DNA of 64,000 bases from NCBI GenBank assembly GCA_965238275.1, contig OZ250186.1:576001-640000 (forward strand), in the 5' to 3' direction. Below are positions 1 through 9,456 of this stretch, in pieces; position 1 is the stretch's first letter, and every line of letters starts with the position of its first letter. A program made the translations under genes and the position numbers. This DNA is from Nitrosopumilus sp. GTDB lineage: Archaea > Thermoproteota > Nitrososphaeria > Nitrososphaerales > Nitrosopumilaceae. Below the pieces are notes generated by a model. The model was not told the origin of the DNA. It worked only from the letters and a program-made list of their open reading frames with translations, and searched no databases.

Positions 1-285
1 ACCGGGACAAGGATGGCACTGCTCCAGATGATGCTGCTTGGGTTTGCAATAATTACATTCTATGAGGTGTTGTACAATTTTACGGTGCTAAACGCGCAGA
101 TTACAGCGGGGATAGTCAACGGAGTGGTTCCGGACATTGACAGGCTGGCAGTGGCATATCCGGATCCTGACAGGCCGTGGAATCTGATCTTTGCGACAAA
201 GATCTTTCTTGCGTGTTTTATCATCAGCGCCCATGCATTCTACCTCAGCGTAAAGCCCAGAAAGAGCATAGACCCGGAGAACTAG
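1..285 (+). CDS. Hypothetical membrane protein (probably 5'-truncated by the window edge)
   Basis: Frame is open from base 1; two hydrophobic segments (LLQMMLLGFAIITFY, LIFATKIFLACFIISAHAFY). Confidence 0.7.
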   Translation, partial: TGTRMALLQMMLLGFAIITFYEVLYNFTVLNAQITAGIVNGVVPDIDRLAVAYPDPDRPWNLIFATKIFLACFIISAHAFYLSVKPRKSIDPEN

Positions 286-374
286 GGCCGGACGGCGCGT
301 ATCTTGCAGAACCCAACAGGTACAACGCATCCAGGTGCCGGAGACGTTTTGGACGGGCAGCCGGCGAATTTTAA

Positions 375-1740
375 CACGTGAGCGGGAAATCCCACACCAT
401 TCATGGGTTGGATGAAAGCGAACAATGCAACTGCCATGCGGGCTATATTCAACGCATGCGTATAACAAACATGTGTGGTTTTGTCTCGACCCACAACCAT
501 GCCACCAAGAATAATGTGGAGGTGGGGCAGAAATGAAGAGCTTCAAGTTTCGCCTGTATCCGACAAAAACACAACAGGCACGTATGGACGAGTCCTTGGA
601 GGCGTGCCGCAGGCTGTACAATGACTTTGTATATGAATCACGTTTGGCATACAAGGAAGGGTACAAGATGAAATTTGACGAGATGCAAAGGATGATTCCT
701 GCCATGGTTCCTAAAAATACGCCATTGTACAGCAAGGCGGCTCAGATGGTTCTGTGGCAGTTCTATAACAACATCAAGGTCCTGTCTTCGGCATCAAAGA
801 AGGGCAAAAAAATTGGCAGGTTACGATTCAAGCCAGGATCAAGGCACAGGAGCATAAACTACAACCAGTCCGGGTTCTGTTTTCTGCCAGACGACACCCT
901 GAAACTCTCAAAAATCGGCAAGATCAAGTGCGTGATCCACCGCAAAACAGCCGGAAAGACAAAGGGTGTCGTAGTGAAAAAGGATCTTACAGGCAAATGG
1001 TCTGCGACTGCAGTCTGTGAGGACGTGCTGCTGACTGACAGGTGCTCACTGGAAAGAAAGAAAATAGTCGGCATTGACGTTGGCCTGACCAACTTTGCAT
1101 GTGATTCTGACGGCCACAAGATTGACAATCCACAGTTCCTGAAAAAGTCAGAAAAGAAACTCAAAAGGGCGCAACGACGCCTGTCAGGAAAGACCAAGGG
1201 CTCTTCCAACAGGCACAAGCAGAAAAACAGGCTTGCTGCCATCCACAAGAAGATAGCAAACCAGCGGCGTGACCTTGAGCACAAGGCATCAAGGGCGTAC
1301 GTTGACAAATACGACACCATATTCGTCGAGGATCTCAGCATACGAAACATGCTGAAAAACCACAAACTTGCAAAATCAATCTCAAACGCATCATGGTACT
1401 CGTTTTTTCAAAAACTGGAATACAAAGCTGCAAACGCTGGTGTTCTGTTTCGCAAGGTACCACCGCACCAGACAAGCCAGGGATATTCAGGCTGCGGCAA
1501 GACAATCAAAAAAACCCTGGCACAAAGAACGCACGTTTGCGACTCCTGCGGTCTAGTCTTGGACCGGGACCACAATGCTGCCATAAACATCAGGCAGAAA
1601 GGGATTGCAACACTGCTACTACCTATGGTACATAGGGAAGTTACGCCTCCGGAGAGGCTGCCTCTAATCATGGCAAATGGTCATGGTCAAGCAGGCTCGT
1701 TGAACGAGGAAGCCAACGGCTTTAGTCGTTGGTAGTTCAC
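375..1740 (+). mobile_element. IS200/IS605-family (IS1341-type, tnpB-only) insertion sequence
   Basis: TTTAA at 370-374; imperfect left-end hairpin 389-413; tnpB; right-end hairpin CCAACGGC-TTTA-GTCGTTGG 1713-1732; terminal TCAC 1737-1740; no tnpA. Confidence 0.8.
533..1735 (+). CDS. tnpB: RNA-guided endonuclease TnpB
   Basis: N-terminal FKFRLYPT; RuvC motifs GIDVG, FVEDL and DRDHNAAINI; zinc finger TSQGYSGC..CDSC with the first Cys replaced by Tyr. Confidence 0.95.
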   Translation: MKSFKFRLYPTKTQQARMDESLEACRRLYNDFVYESRLAYKEGYKMKFDEMQRMIPAMVPKNTPLYSKAAQMVLWQFYNNIKVLSSASKKGKKIGRLRFKPGSRHRSINYNQSGFCFLPDDTLKLSKIGKIKCVIHRKTAGKTKGVVVKKDLTGKWSATAVCEDVLLTDRCSLERKKIVGIDVGLTNFACDSDGHKIDNPQFLKKSEKKLKRAQRRLSGKTKGSSNRHKQKNRLAAIHKKIANQRRDLEHKASRAYVDKYDTIFVEDLSIRNMLKNHKLAKSISNASWYSFFQKLEYKAANAGVLFRKVPPHQTSQGYSGCGKTIKKTLAQRTHVCDSCGLVLDRDHNAAINIRQKGIATLLLPMVHREVTPPERLPLIMANGHGQAGSLNEEANGFSRW

Positions 1741-1777
1741 ATAACTTTATACATTTGAATTCAAGAATTGACTTGGC

Positions 1778-2812
1778 TTGGATGTTAAAGAGAAGGTAGC
1801 CCTGATTGAGAGGAATGGTACGGAGGTGGTAACCCGCGATGAGCTGGTCAGCCTCTTTGAGACAAACCAGTCCCCAAGGCACTACATAGGACTGGAGATA
1901 TCAGGTTTCCTCCACCTTGGCAGCCTGATCAGCACCGGGTTCAAGATTAATGATTTTATGAAGGCCGGTGTGCGGTGTACAGTCTTCCTTGCAGACTGGC
2001 ACACCATGATTAATGACAAGCTGGGCGGGGACTGGGATACCATCTCAAGGGTTTCAGGATACTATCAGGATGCCTTTAAGGTGATCTGTCCCGGTGTGGA
2101 GATCGTCTTGGGATCCAAGCTGTACGAGGAGAGGCCCGAATACTGGTCTGATCTTCTCAGGCTTACAAAGCACATGTCGCTTGCCAGGACAAAGAAGACG
2201 CTGACCATAATGGGCCGCTCTGAAAGCGAGAAGATAGAACTTGCAAAACTGCTCTACCCTCCGATGCAGGCAGTCGACATTCACACGCTGGATGTGGATA
2301 TTGCCCATGCCGGAATGGATCAGAGAAAGATCCACATGCTGGTAAGGGACGTCTTTCCCAAGATGGGGTGGAAGGTGCCGGTGGCAGTCCACCACGGCCT
2401 GCTTCCCGGGCTTGGAAGGCCTGCAGAGGCAGGCTCCCAGGCAACAAAGATGAGCAAGTCGGATCTGAACTCGGGCATCTTCATACAGGATACCGATGAC
2501 GAGGTGAAAAGAAAGATCAACAAGGCATGGTGCGAGGAGGGGAGCATACAGGACAATCCGCTGCTGGAGATTGCAAGGACCATAATCTTCCACAAATTTG
2601 CAGAGATGAGCGTGGAGAGGCCCGCAAAGTACGGCGGCAACGTCTCGTATGCAGGGTACGGCCAGCTCGAATCGGATTTTGAGTCTGGAAGGCTCCATCC
2701 GGGGGACCTGAAGCGGACAGTCGGCGAGTATCTTGTAAGGGTAACGGCCCCGATCAGGGAGAAACTAACCATGGATCCCGAGCTGTACGAGATGATAAGG
2801 GGAACCTATTAG
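1778..2812 (+). CDS. tyrS: Tyrosine--tRNA ligase
   Basis: YIGLEISGFLHLGS (HIGH-like), YPPMQAVD, GMDQRKIH, KMSKS. Confidence 0.95.
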   Translation: MDVKEKVALIERNGTEVVTRDELVSLFETNQSPRHYIGLEISGFLHLGSLISTGFKINDFMKAGVRCTVFLADWHTMINDKLGGDWDTISRVSGYYQDAFKVICPGVEIVLGSKLYEERPEYWSDLLRLTKHMSLARTKKTLTIMGRSESEKIELAKLLYPPMQAVDIHTLDVDIAHAGMDQRKIHMLVRDVFPKMGWKVPVAVHHGLLPGLGRPAEAGSQATKMSKSDLNSGIFIQDTDDEVKRKINKAWCEEGSIQDNPLLEIARTIIFHKFAEMSVERPAKYGGNVSYAGYGQLESDFESGRLHPGDLKRTVGEYLVRVTAPIREKLTMDPELYEMIRGTY

Positions 2813-3609
2813 ACTTTGAGGCTTTCGTTGGTCTGCTCCTCTAGGTTGTACTTTGACTTGTACCCCCTTGGATTGATCATCAGATCCTTGTAGGTGTATG
2901 TCGCAGAGTTCCCGACTATGACGGTACTGATCATGCCTAGCTTGTCTGAGTGGTTTGGCAGATTCTCAAGGTCGGTCAGAACCACGGTCTCAGAGGATCT
3001 AAAGGCACCCTTTATGATTGCAACGGGGGTGGCAGGTCTCCTGTACTTTAGGAGAATCCTTCGGGTGTCCTGAAGCTGGTGGATCCTCTTCTTGCTGGCA
3101 GGATTGTATATCACGATTACAAAGTCGCCCTGCGCTGCGGCCTCGACCCTCTTTTCGATGATCTCCCACGGAACCAGCAGATCGCTCATGCTGACTACTG
3201 CAAAATCAGTCATCAGGGGGGAGCCGACAATGGAGGCGCATGAGTTGAGCGCAGACACGCCCGGAACGATCTCAATCTGCAGGCCGTCTTTTGGGTTCCA
3301 GCCGGTCTCGGCAAGCGTCTCATATATGAGTCCGGCCATCCCGTAGATGCCCGGATCCCCGCTTGACACCAGCGAGACTGTCCTGCCGGACTTTGCAAGA
3401 TCGATGCACTGGTGGGCCCTCTCAACCTCCTGCGTCATTGCGTAGCGGTATACGGTCTTTCCCCCTATGAGATCCTGGACCAGGTTTACATAGGTCTCGT
3501 ATCCGACGATCGTGTCGCTCTGTTCGATTACCTGTTTTGCCCTAAACGTCATGTGGTCATGGTGCCCGGGTCCGACGCCGACTATGTACAGCTTGCCAGT
3601 CAATTTCAA
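2809..3609 (-). CDS. cobJ: Precorrin-3B C17-methyltransferase (CobJ/CbiH)
   Basis: LYIVGVGPG, SSGDPGIYGMAG, SMSDLLVPWEIIEKR, YNPAS, PRGY. Confidence 0.92.
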   Translation of the reverse strand: MKLTGKLYIVGVGPGHHDHMTFRAKQVIEQSDTIVGYETYVNLVQDLIGGKTVYRYAMTQEVERAHQCIDLAKSGRTVSLVSSGDPGIYGMAGLIYETLAETGWNPKDGLQIEIVPGVSALNSCASIVGSPLMTDFAVVSMSDLLVPWEIIEKRVEAAAQGDFVIVIYNPASKKRIHQLQDTRRILLKYRRPATPVAIIKGAFRSSETVVLTDLENLPNHSDKLGMISTVIVGNSATYTYKDLMINPRGYKSKYNLEEQTNESLKV

Positions 3610-3691
3610 GACAGCTCTCCGTCCAAGTAATTTATCCCTTTAGAGGAGATCCCAGTCAGGAGATGCCGGCACGGCCTCACGCCTGTACACG

Positions 3692-5155
3692 CTACTGGAA
3701 TGGATCTATGAAGGGGCAGTTGACTATGTAAATGCTGTTTGTGGGACGTGCAATGCTTACTGTGACCATGTCTGCATCGCGGAATGCATCTATGTCGGCC
3801 GTAGTCTCCATTATTTTTGCGGATTCCTCGTCATGCCACTCGACCAGATAAATCCTCCACATCGGGCTGTAGTTCTCGTAGCCCAGGGCTGCAGCGGATA
3901 TGCCTGCCTGGAATCCCAGCGAACCCGGACCCCTCACCCCGTTGTTGAACTGGAAGAGGTCCACTGCGCCGGAACTGGTTATGAGGCCTGCAGAGATGGG
4001 CGAGTAGACTACTCCCATTGTTCCGGCAGGTGCCGGCGGCGTTGCACCAGTAACGATATAGTATACGGTTCTTCCGTCAGGTCCCCAGCCCCTGTGGGCC
4101 ACAAACGTCACAGTCATGGATTCCGTGTCGATCTCAGTTATCTGGCCTCCCCCGTACGGCGTGTCGTCGGTAATCTCCGGATCCTCCCGCACCGTCATCT
4201 GACCGTCAGGCCAGACAATCTGAGGTGCGTTGATAACCACGCCGGTGTCGTCAAGCGTGATTCTTCCGCCCTCATGTGCATCCAGGATGTCCTCGACTGA
4301 CTCCAGCACAGACTCCCTCTGCCCGTTCTTCCATGCAACCTCTATGACGGAGTTCAGGGCGCCGTACTCGGACTCTTGCGACGGGGTGTTGGAGAATACC
4401 TCGCCTTGGAATCCGTATATTCCGTCACCATCCACACCGTTTGTAAAGACATACAGATCCTGCAGAATGCCTGCAGAAATATTCTGGAGCGGGGGCGCAA
4501 GCTCGACTCTCCACCCCTGCATCTCTGAGAGGGTGTCGGCATATTCCTCATCGCTTCCGTCGGTAATAATGTAAAGGATCTCTCCCCCGTCATACATTCC
4601 CGTGTGGAGGGGGATGGTGGCAGGAACGTTTGCCCTTGAGAGTCGTGTGGGGGGATCCTCTGTTTCCACCAGGATCTCCTGCGTCATCACAGGCGTCGGC
4701 TCGCCCCGGGTCCATCCGTCAACTGACAGGGTCGCAACAAACTTGTCTGATGCAGGAGAGTACAGTCCGAGGGCGGCTCCGGTAAACTCGACGGTGCCGG
4801 TCATGTCAGAAGGTTCAAGCAGCGTAAGGGCATAGTATGTGATATCATCGACGGTCCAGACTGCCTGACCGCCGGAATCATCCTCCTGTATCTCATGCAG
4901 GATCATCACCTGGACAGGCATGCTGGAGGTAAATGTCATGGAGCCGTCATAGATGGTTCCCTCGTTGGGCGGGAGGACAAGGGACAGCTGGTGGTCTTCC
5001 TGGCCCAGGCCGGGAGAGGGCAGGGATGTGACAGTCTGGGTAAAGTGGATCTTTTTGATGGAGCCGGCAGCGGCAAACTGATCCGATGCCGAGGATACGG
5101 CAACGATGCCTGCTGCAAGGACTCCGATTATCACGATTATTATCAGCAGCTTCAA
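3692..5155 (-). CDS. Secreted or membrane-anchored thaumarchaeal protein with two repeated domains (DUF7482-like)
   Basis: N-terminal hydrophobic signal; internal repeats YIITDGSD..INAPQI and YYIVTGATP..VNCPFI. Confidence 0.7.
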   Translation of the reverse strand: MKLLIIIVIIGVLAAGIVAVSSASDQFAAAGSIKKIHFTQTVTSLPSPGLGQEDHQLSLVLPPNEGTIYDGSMTFTSSMPVQVMILHEIQEDDSGGQAVWTVDDITYYALTLLEPSDMTGTVEFTGAALGLYSPASDKFVATLSVDGWTRGEPTPVMTQEILVETEDPPTRLSRANVPATIPLHTGMYDGGEILYIITDGSDEEYADTLSEMQGWRVELAPPLQNISAGILQDLYVFTNGVDGDGIYGFQGEVFSNTPSQESEYGALNSVIEVAWKNGQRESVLESVEDILDAHEGGRITLDDTGVVINAPQIVWPDGQMTVREDPEITDDTPYGGGQITEIDTESMTVTFVAHRGWGPDGRTVYYIVTGATPPAPAGTMGVVYSPISAGLITSSGAVDLFQFNNGVRGPGSLGFQAGISAAALGYENYSPMWRIYLVEWHDEESAKIMETTADIDAFRDADMVTVSIARPTNSIYIVNCPFIDPFQ

Positions 5156-5203
5156 TAGGTATCCACGCCGCCGCGCACATAATTAATTTTCTGTTGAGGC
5201 ATG

Positions 5204-6607
5204 CTAGTTGATCCGGTCCAGCTCAAAGGCATCGTGCAGTGCCCGCACTGCGGCGCTGGCGTCGGCATTCTTGACTACAAAGGCAAGGTTAAGCTCAGAG
5301 GAGCCCTGGGTGATCATCGACACGTTGAGTCCCTTTCTCTCTACTGCGCCAAAGACCCGTGATGCAACGCCGACTGTTCCCCTCATCCCGGAGCCTATCA
5401 GTGCAATTATGGCCATGTTCGTGGTGATGTCCAGCTTCTTGATGATCTTGCCCAGAAGCTCTATCTCCAAGGTGGTCACAGCCCTGTCAAGATCATCATT
5501 CCTTACCACTATTGTAATGCTGGACTCAGACGGGTTCTGGGAGATCATCATCACGTTGACTCCTATTTTTGCAAGAGTGGTAAATATCTGGGCTGCGTTG
5601 CCCGGAGTTCCCACCATGTTGCCGCTATGTATGTCGATCAGCCCGCTGTCACGTATGCTGCTCACGCACTTTACCGTGTTTGTAGCGTGTATGGAGGGCG
5701 ATGCGGTGACCAAGGTTCCCTCGTTGGCAGTATTGGTAGAGCTTCTAATCTTCATTGGAATGTTCGTTGAGAGCAGGGGTTCAAACGTTCTGGGATGTAT
5801 CTGCTTTGCGCCAAACAGGGCCATCTCAACTGCCTCGCTGTAGGAGAGCTCCTTGAGCAGTTTTGCGTTCCTGACTATCTTCGGATCCGCAGTCATCAGG
5901 CCATCCACGTCACTCATCAGCCATATCTGGTCGGCCTTGATGCAGGATCCTATTATGGTTGCAGTATAGTCAGAGCCTCCCCGGCCAAAGGTGGTCACGT
6001 GTCCGTGCTGATCTGCGCCTGCAAAACCACCGACTATTGGAACGATCTTTTTTGAGAGGACAGACTCTATGGTCTTTGAGACCCTCAGCCGGGTGGTATC
6101 CATGAGGGGTTTTGACTCGCCGAAGTTGGAGTCAGTCACGATTCCCACATCCTTGCCTGTAAGTGGGACTGCACGCCGGCCATGGTCAGAGACGGAGGAG
6201 GCCACCAGTTGTATGGACAGCCTCTCTCCAAACGAGAACAGATAGTCCATTGTTCTTGGCGTGATCTCCCCGAGCAGCATCATCCCGTCAATCAGTGCAT
6301 GGAGCTGTGCAAAGTCCCTCTCAAGACTCTCCAGCAGTTTTTTGCGCACGGCCGGTCTCTTTATGGTCTTCCTTGCAAGATCCATGTGCCTGCCGATGAT
6401 CCTTGATTCAATCTGTCCTGCCTTGGGCCTGTTTTCCTTTTTGATCGATTCTGAGATTCCTATGAGATCATCAGTAGTTCCGTCTGTTGCAGAACATACG
6501 ACGACGACGTGGTTCTTGGCAGACAGCGAACCGACGTAACTGGCCACATTTTGGATGTCTATGGGGGAGGAGATTGATGTCCCGCCATATTTTACTACGA
6601 GTCTCAA
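5204..6607 (-). CDS. lysC: Aspartate kinase
   Basis: VVKYGGTS, TTFGRGGSDYTA, DVDGLMTADP, two ACT domains. Confidence 0.95.
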   Translation of the reverse strand: MRLVVKYGGTSISSPIDIQNVASYVGSLSAKNHVVVVCSATDGTTDDLIGISESIKKENRPKAGQIESRIIGRHMDLARKTIKRPAVRKKLLESLERDFAQLHALIDGMMLLGEITPRTMDYLFSFGERLSIQLVASSVSDHGRRAVPLTGKDVGIVTDSNFGESKPLMDTTRLRVSKTIESVLSKKIVPIVGGFAGADQHGHVTTFGRGGSDYTATIIGSCIKADQIWLMSDVDGLMTADPKIVRNAKLLKELSYSEAVEMALFGAKQIHPRTFEPLLSTNIPMKIRSSTNTANEGTLVTASPSIHATNTVKCVSSIRDSGLIDIHSGNMVGTPGNAAQIFTTLAKIGVNVMMISQNPSESSITIVVRNDDLDRAVTTLEIELLGKIIKKLDITTNMAIIALIGSGMRGTVGVASRVFGAVERKGLNVSMITQGSSELNLAFVVKNADASAAVRALHDAFELDRIN

Positions 6608-6643
6608 TTCAAGATACCTGAAAAGTCAGTCTTTAAATGCTTT

Positions 6644-7390
6644 TTAGCTCTCCACCCTTGGGGCCAGATAGAAGTGAATTCTTCCCATGTTTGCAACCTT
6701 GAACTCAATGCGAAGTGGTTTTGAGGTGGAAAATTCACAGGTAATGTTGCCTACGGTGTTTCCTACGGCCTTGACCACAGGGTTGAGATACTCAAGGCTG
6801 TATGTTCCGGTGCTCTCGTCCTGCGAGGATATCTCCTCTATGGCATCATCAGCAGTGTCAATATCGATTATAACCTCGCCTGAGTCGCCCTTGCCTGAAA
6901 AGTCGCCTTTGGATTCAGCCGTGTGTACTGTGAGATATTCTGATACGACCTGCACATCGCCGAGAATCTTGTCAAACTTTGAGGAGGCAAGAACGATCTT
7001 CGAGTCGTATGGGATCTTTGGCAGTGGCGTGTCGGTGGCAGAACTCTCAATCAGGCGCATCTTGTACTTTTTGTTTCTTCCAACCGTAACAAGCAGCATG
7101 TTCTGATCAGAGATACTGATCTCTATGTCGTCTTTCTTGTCGGCCCTCTTGATGATCTTTGAGAACTCTTCTATTCTTACTCCGAACTTTATGTCACTGT
7201 CGCACTCGTACATCTCAAACGCAGAGTTGGGCCAAGATATGTCGATGAGTGCCACATGGGACGGATCCATTCCACGGAAGGTTATTCCCTCAGAAGTGGC
7301 AACAAAGGTGGCCTCCTCGACCAGCGTGGAGATGGCAGATATGATTGCCTTAAGATCGTCTGATCCGCTGGTCTTTGTAGCAAATGTCAA
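6644..7390 (-). CDS. pcn: DNA polymerase sliding clamp PCNA
   Basis: GMDPSHVALID, YSLEYL, FYLAPRVE; true start probably TTG at 7390, since the longer ORF runs into MITE sequence. Confidence 0.95.
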   Translation of the reverse strand: MTFATKTSGSDDLKAIISAISTLVEEATFVATSEGITFRGMDPSHVALIDISWPNSAFEMYECDSDIKFGVRIEEFSKIIKRADKKDDIEISISDQNMLLVTVGRNKKYKMRLIESSATDTPLPKIPYDSKIVLASSKFDKILGDVQVVSEYLTVHTAESKGDFSGKGDSGEVIIDIDTADDAIEEISSQDESTGTYSLEYLNPVVKAVGNTVGNITCEFSTSKPLRIEFKVANMGRIHFYLAPRVES

Positions 7391-7441
7391 GTCAAGACTT
7401 CTAATTTTGGTACCAAATAAAACGTTATTGCAGAATGGCAC

Positions 7442-7716
7442 GTATGCACTCAGTATGCGTTCACCTCCCCCCATCCAACTAGGTCAGAACATGTCATGCA
7501 GTTTGCCTATTCCCGCAGATTCGGATTTTTGATGAGGATTTCATGACTGTCCGAGTCTTTTGGTCTGATAACCGTGGACGGCGACCGACTGAGTGTGGAA
7601 TTGGTAAGGGGGGAGGTGAACGCGTACTGCACTCAGGTCCCGTTTGAGACTAGGCATGGTTTTGCAGGACTGGATACAATTTTGTGCCTAGACAAGTCAC
7701 CGACCTGAGTGCGTAC
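7442..7716. mobile_element. MITE A (92 bp once the nested insert is removed), 8-bp target duplication
   Basis: Reconstructed left end GTATGCACTCAGGTC vs right end GACCTGAGTGCGTAC (14/15 inverted); AATGGCAC at 7434-7441 and 7717-7724. Confidence 0.8.
7451..7629. mobile_element. MITE B (179 bp, ISH3-like CAGTA ends) nested in MITE A
   Basis: 22-bp TIRs at 7451-7472 and 7608-7629 (1 mismatch); CACT duplicated at 7447-7450 and 7630-7633. Confidence 0.88.
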
Positions 7717-7718
7717 AA

Positions 7719-7758
7719 TGGCACTGCAGGTGTTCTGGCACTGCAGGTGTTCTGGCAC
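7719..7758. repeat. 17-bp tandem repeat, about 2.3 copies
   Basis: TGGCACTGCAGGTGTTC twice, followed by TGGCAC. Confidence 0.9.
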
Positions 7759-7759
7759 A

Positions 7760-8095
7760 TCAGGCGTAGTTGCGCCAGGTATGCTTGCACTTTGTGCACC
7801 GGTAGAACTGGGTGGTGGGCTCGTCTGCACTTCTGGTCTGTAGCATCCACCAGACTGCCTCGTCGTTTCCGCACTTTTCGCAGTCGATCTTAATTGTAGG
7901 GTGTGACTCCTCGCCCTCGTTGCCCTCAAAGACGTTGAACGGCGTGCCTGATTCGGTGGTGGGCTCGTCTTCTGCTTTCTTTGGTTCTGTCGTTTGGGAC
8001 TCTACAGTCTGGGAATCCACATAACCGCACTTGGCACACTGGAGCTCAGAATCGATCTTCTTGAGTTTAGCTTCACATTCGGGGCAGAACTTCAA
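7760..8095 (-). CDS. tfs: Transcription factor S (RpoM/TFS)
   Basis: MKFCPEC N-terminal zinc ribbon; C-terminal CEKC..QTRSADEP..CTKC. Confidence 0.93.
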   Translation of the reverse strand: MKFCPECEAKLKKIDSELQCAKCGYVDSQTVESQTTEPKKAEDEPTTESGTPFNVFEGNEGEESHPTIKIDCEKCGNDEAVWWMLQTRSADEPTTQFYRCTKCKHTWRNYA

Positions 8096-8096
8096 C

Positions 8097-8375
8097 CTAC
8101 TCTACCTTGATCTTTGAGTTGAGCAGATCCTTGAACTGCCCGGCCAGCTCTATTGCAGAATCTGTAGCCTTTTTGATCTTGTCAAGGGGTTTTGTGTCGG
8201 AGTTTATCCTCATCCAGCATTCATTGGTGAGGGGGTGTTTTACGATGACGCCTGCAAAATTGATGTTTGGGTTCTTTAAAAGCTCGTGCTGAATCACATA
8301 CAGGATGCCGATGTCAGCCTTCTCTACTGAGAGGCTGATCTCGCTGGATTCTGAACTGATCACGCTGGCCTTCAT
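8097..8375 (-). CDS. rpoL: RNA polymerase subunit L (Rpo11)
   Basis: 92 aa; FAGVIVKHPL motif; directly upstream of tfs. Confidence 0.85.
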   Translation of the reverse strand: MKASVISSESSEISLSVEKADIGILYVIQHELLKNPNINFAGVIVKHPLTNECWMRINSDTKPLDKIKKATDSAIELAGQFKDLLNSKIKVE

Positions 8376-8421
8376 ATGATCGGAAAAAGAACTTATTGTG
8401 GATATAAATCATTGTGAGCAG

Positions 8422-8958
8422 ATGGTAGAAAGTAGAATTTCCGAGATCACGCTGGAAAAATCAAACGAAGAGTACTCAGATAACGGCAATATCGAGATTA
8501 ATGTGAGGTTCTCAATAGAGGGGGACATCAGGGAGGTATTTAATGAGGCAAACTGGACTGAGGCATACAACGCAAACGACGTTTCATTCAAGATAAAGTA
8601 TGGCATAAAACTGACAACCGGCGGGTTCAGGAAGAAGGAGCTTGGCCGCACCATCGACACATACAGAAAGGCTTCGATCTTTTGGACTAGGAATCCAAAA
8701 CTCGTCAATCCCATGAAGGAGAGAAAGATATGGGTGCAGGTGGCCAAGAATTTTGAGCCGTTCATCAGGCTCTCTGAGGACGAGACGAGGCAGGAGCTCT
8801 TTGATTTTAACGAAAGATTCGTCTTCAAGGCCTCGGATCTAGGCGAGGGCAGCCACAAGATAGGGGCAGAGGTGTATGCGTCATGGCAGAAACACCACTA
8901 TACGGAACCAGGCAGCATCAAGAACCGATCAGAAGAGATCGAAGTTGCAGTAGTCTAG
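8422..8958 (+). CDS. Hypothetical protein
   Basis: Long ORF with typical codon usage, divergent from rpoL; ATG at 8422 preferred as start. Confidence 0.7.
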   Translation: MVESRISEITLEKSNEEYSDNGNIEINVRFSIEGDIREVFNEANWTEAYNANDVSFKIKYGIKLTTGGFRKKELGRTIDTYRKASIFWTRNPKLVNPMKERKIWVQVAKNFEPFIRLSEDETRQELFDFNERFVFKASDLGEGSHKIGAEVYASWQKHHYTEPGSIKNRSEEIEVAVV

Positions 8959-9062
8959 TAACACAGCCATAATGCATTCAGGTTCAGGATGCGAATATGA
9001 TCGATTCTGTGAATAGTCATGCTGGCTCAAAGGGATATAAGGAACTTGTATCAACCCCGAAT

Positions 9063-9215
9063 ATGGCAAAATACGACGGTCTGCTGGGACAGCCGGTGCT
9101 TGAAGTCGAGGAACCTGACAAGGAAGGTGGAATCACATTCATCTTCAAGGACAACAGGTTTCTGTTCATCAAGGCCGTGGGCGGCAAGATCGAGACCGTG
9201 TCGATTCCAGAGTAG
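9063..9215 (+). CDS. Small hypothetical protein (50 aa)
   Basis: MAKYDGLLGQ..EPDKEGGITFIFKD; similar to the next ORF. Confidence 0.6.
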   Translation: MAKYDGLLGQPVLEVEEPDKEGGITFIFKDNRFLFIKAVGGKIETVSIPE

Positions 9216-9225
9216 GTGCAGATGA

Positions 9226-9456
9226 ATGGAAAAGTTTGAGCCTGTACCAATCAAGATGCAGGAACTGGTAAGGGTCATTGACCCCGACCCGGACGGCGGA
9301 ATCACCATGGTGTTCCAGGAGGAACCAATCAAGATGCAGGAACTGGTAAGGGTCATTGACCCCGACCCGGACGGCGGAATCACCATGGTGTTCCAGGAGG
9401 ACAAGACCTTGAAGATCAGGGTCGTCGACGGGCAGCTGGTCTCAGAGTTTGCCTAA
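9226..9456 (+). CDS. Small hypothetical protein with an internal 26-aa duplication
   Basis: PIKMQELVRVIDPDPDGGITMVFQE twice; paralogous to the upstream ORF. Confidence 0.65.
   Translation: MEKFEPVPIKMQELVRVIDPDPDGGITMVFQEEPIKMQELVRVIDPDPDGGITMVFQEDKTLKIRVVDGQLVSEFA
9246..9401. repeat. Exact 78-bp tandem duplication
   Basis: 9246-9323 is identical to 9324-9401. Confidence 0.95.

Noticed and set aside
7391-7474. Apparent N-terminal extension of PCNA (similar extensions for cca, polC, glyA and the PPIase)
   Set aside because: Artefacts of longest-ORF calling; the PCNA extension starts inside MITE sequence
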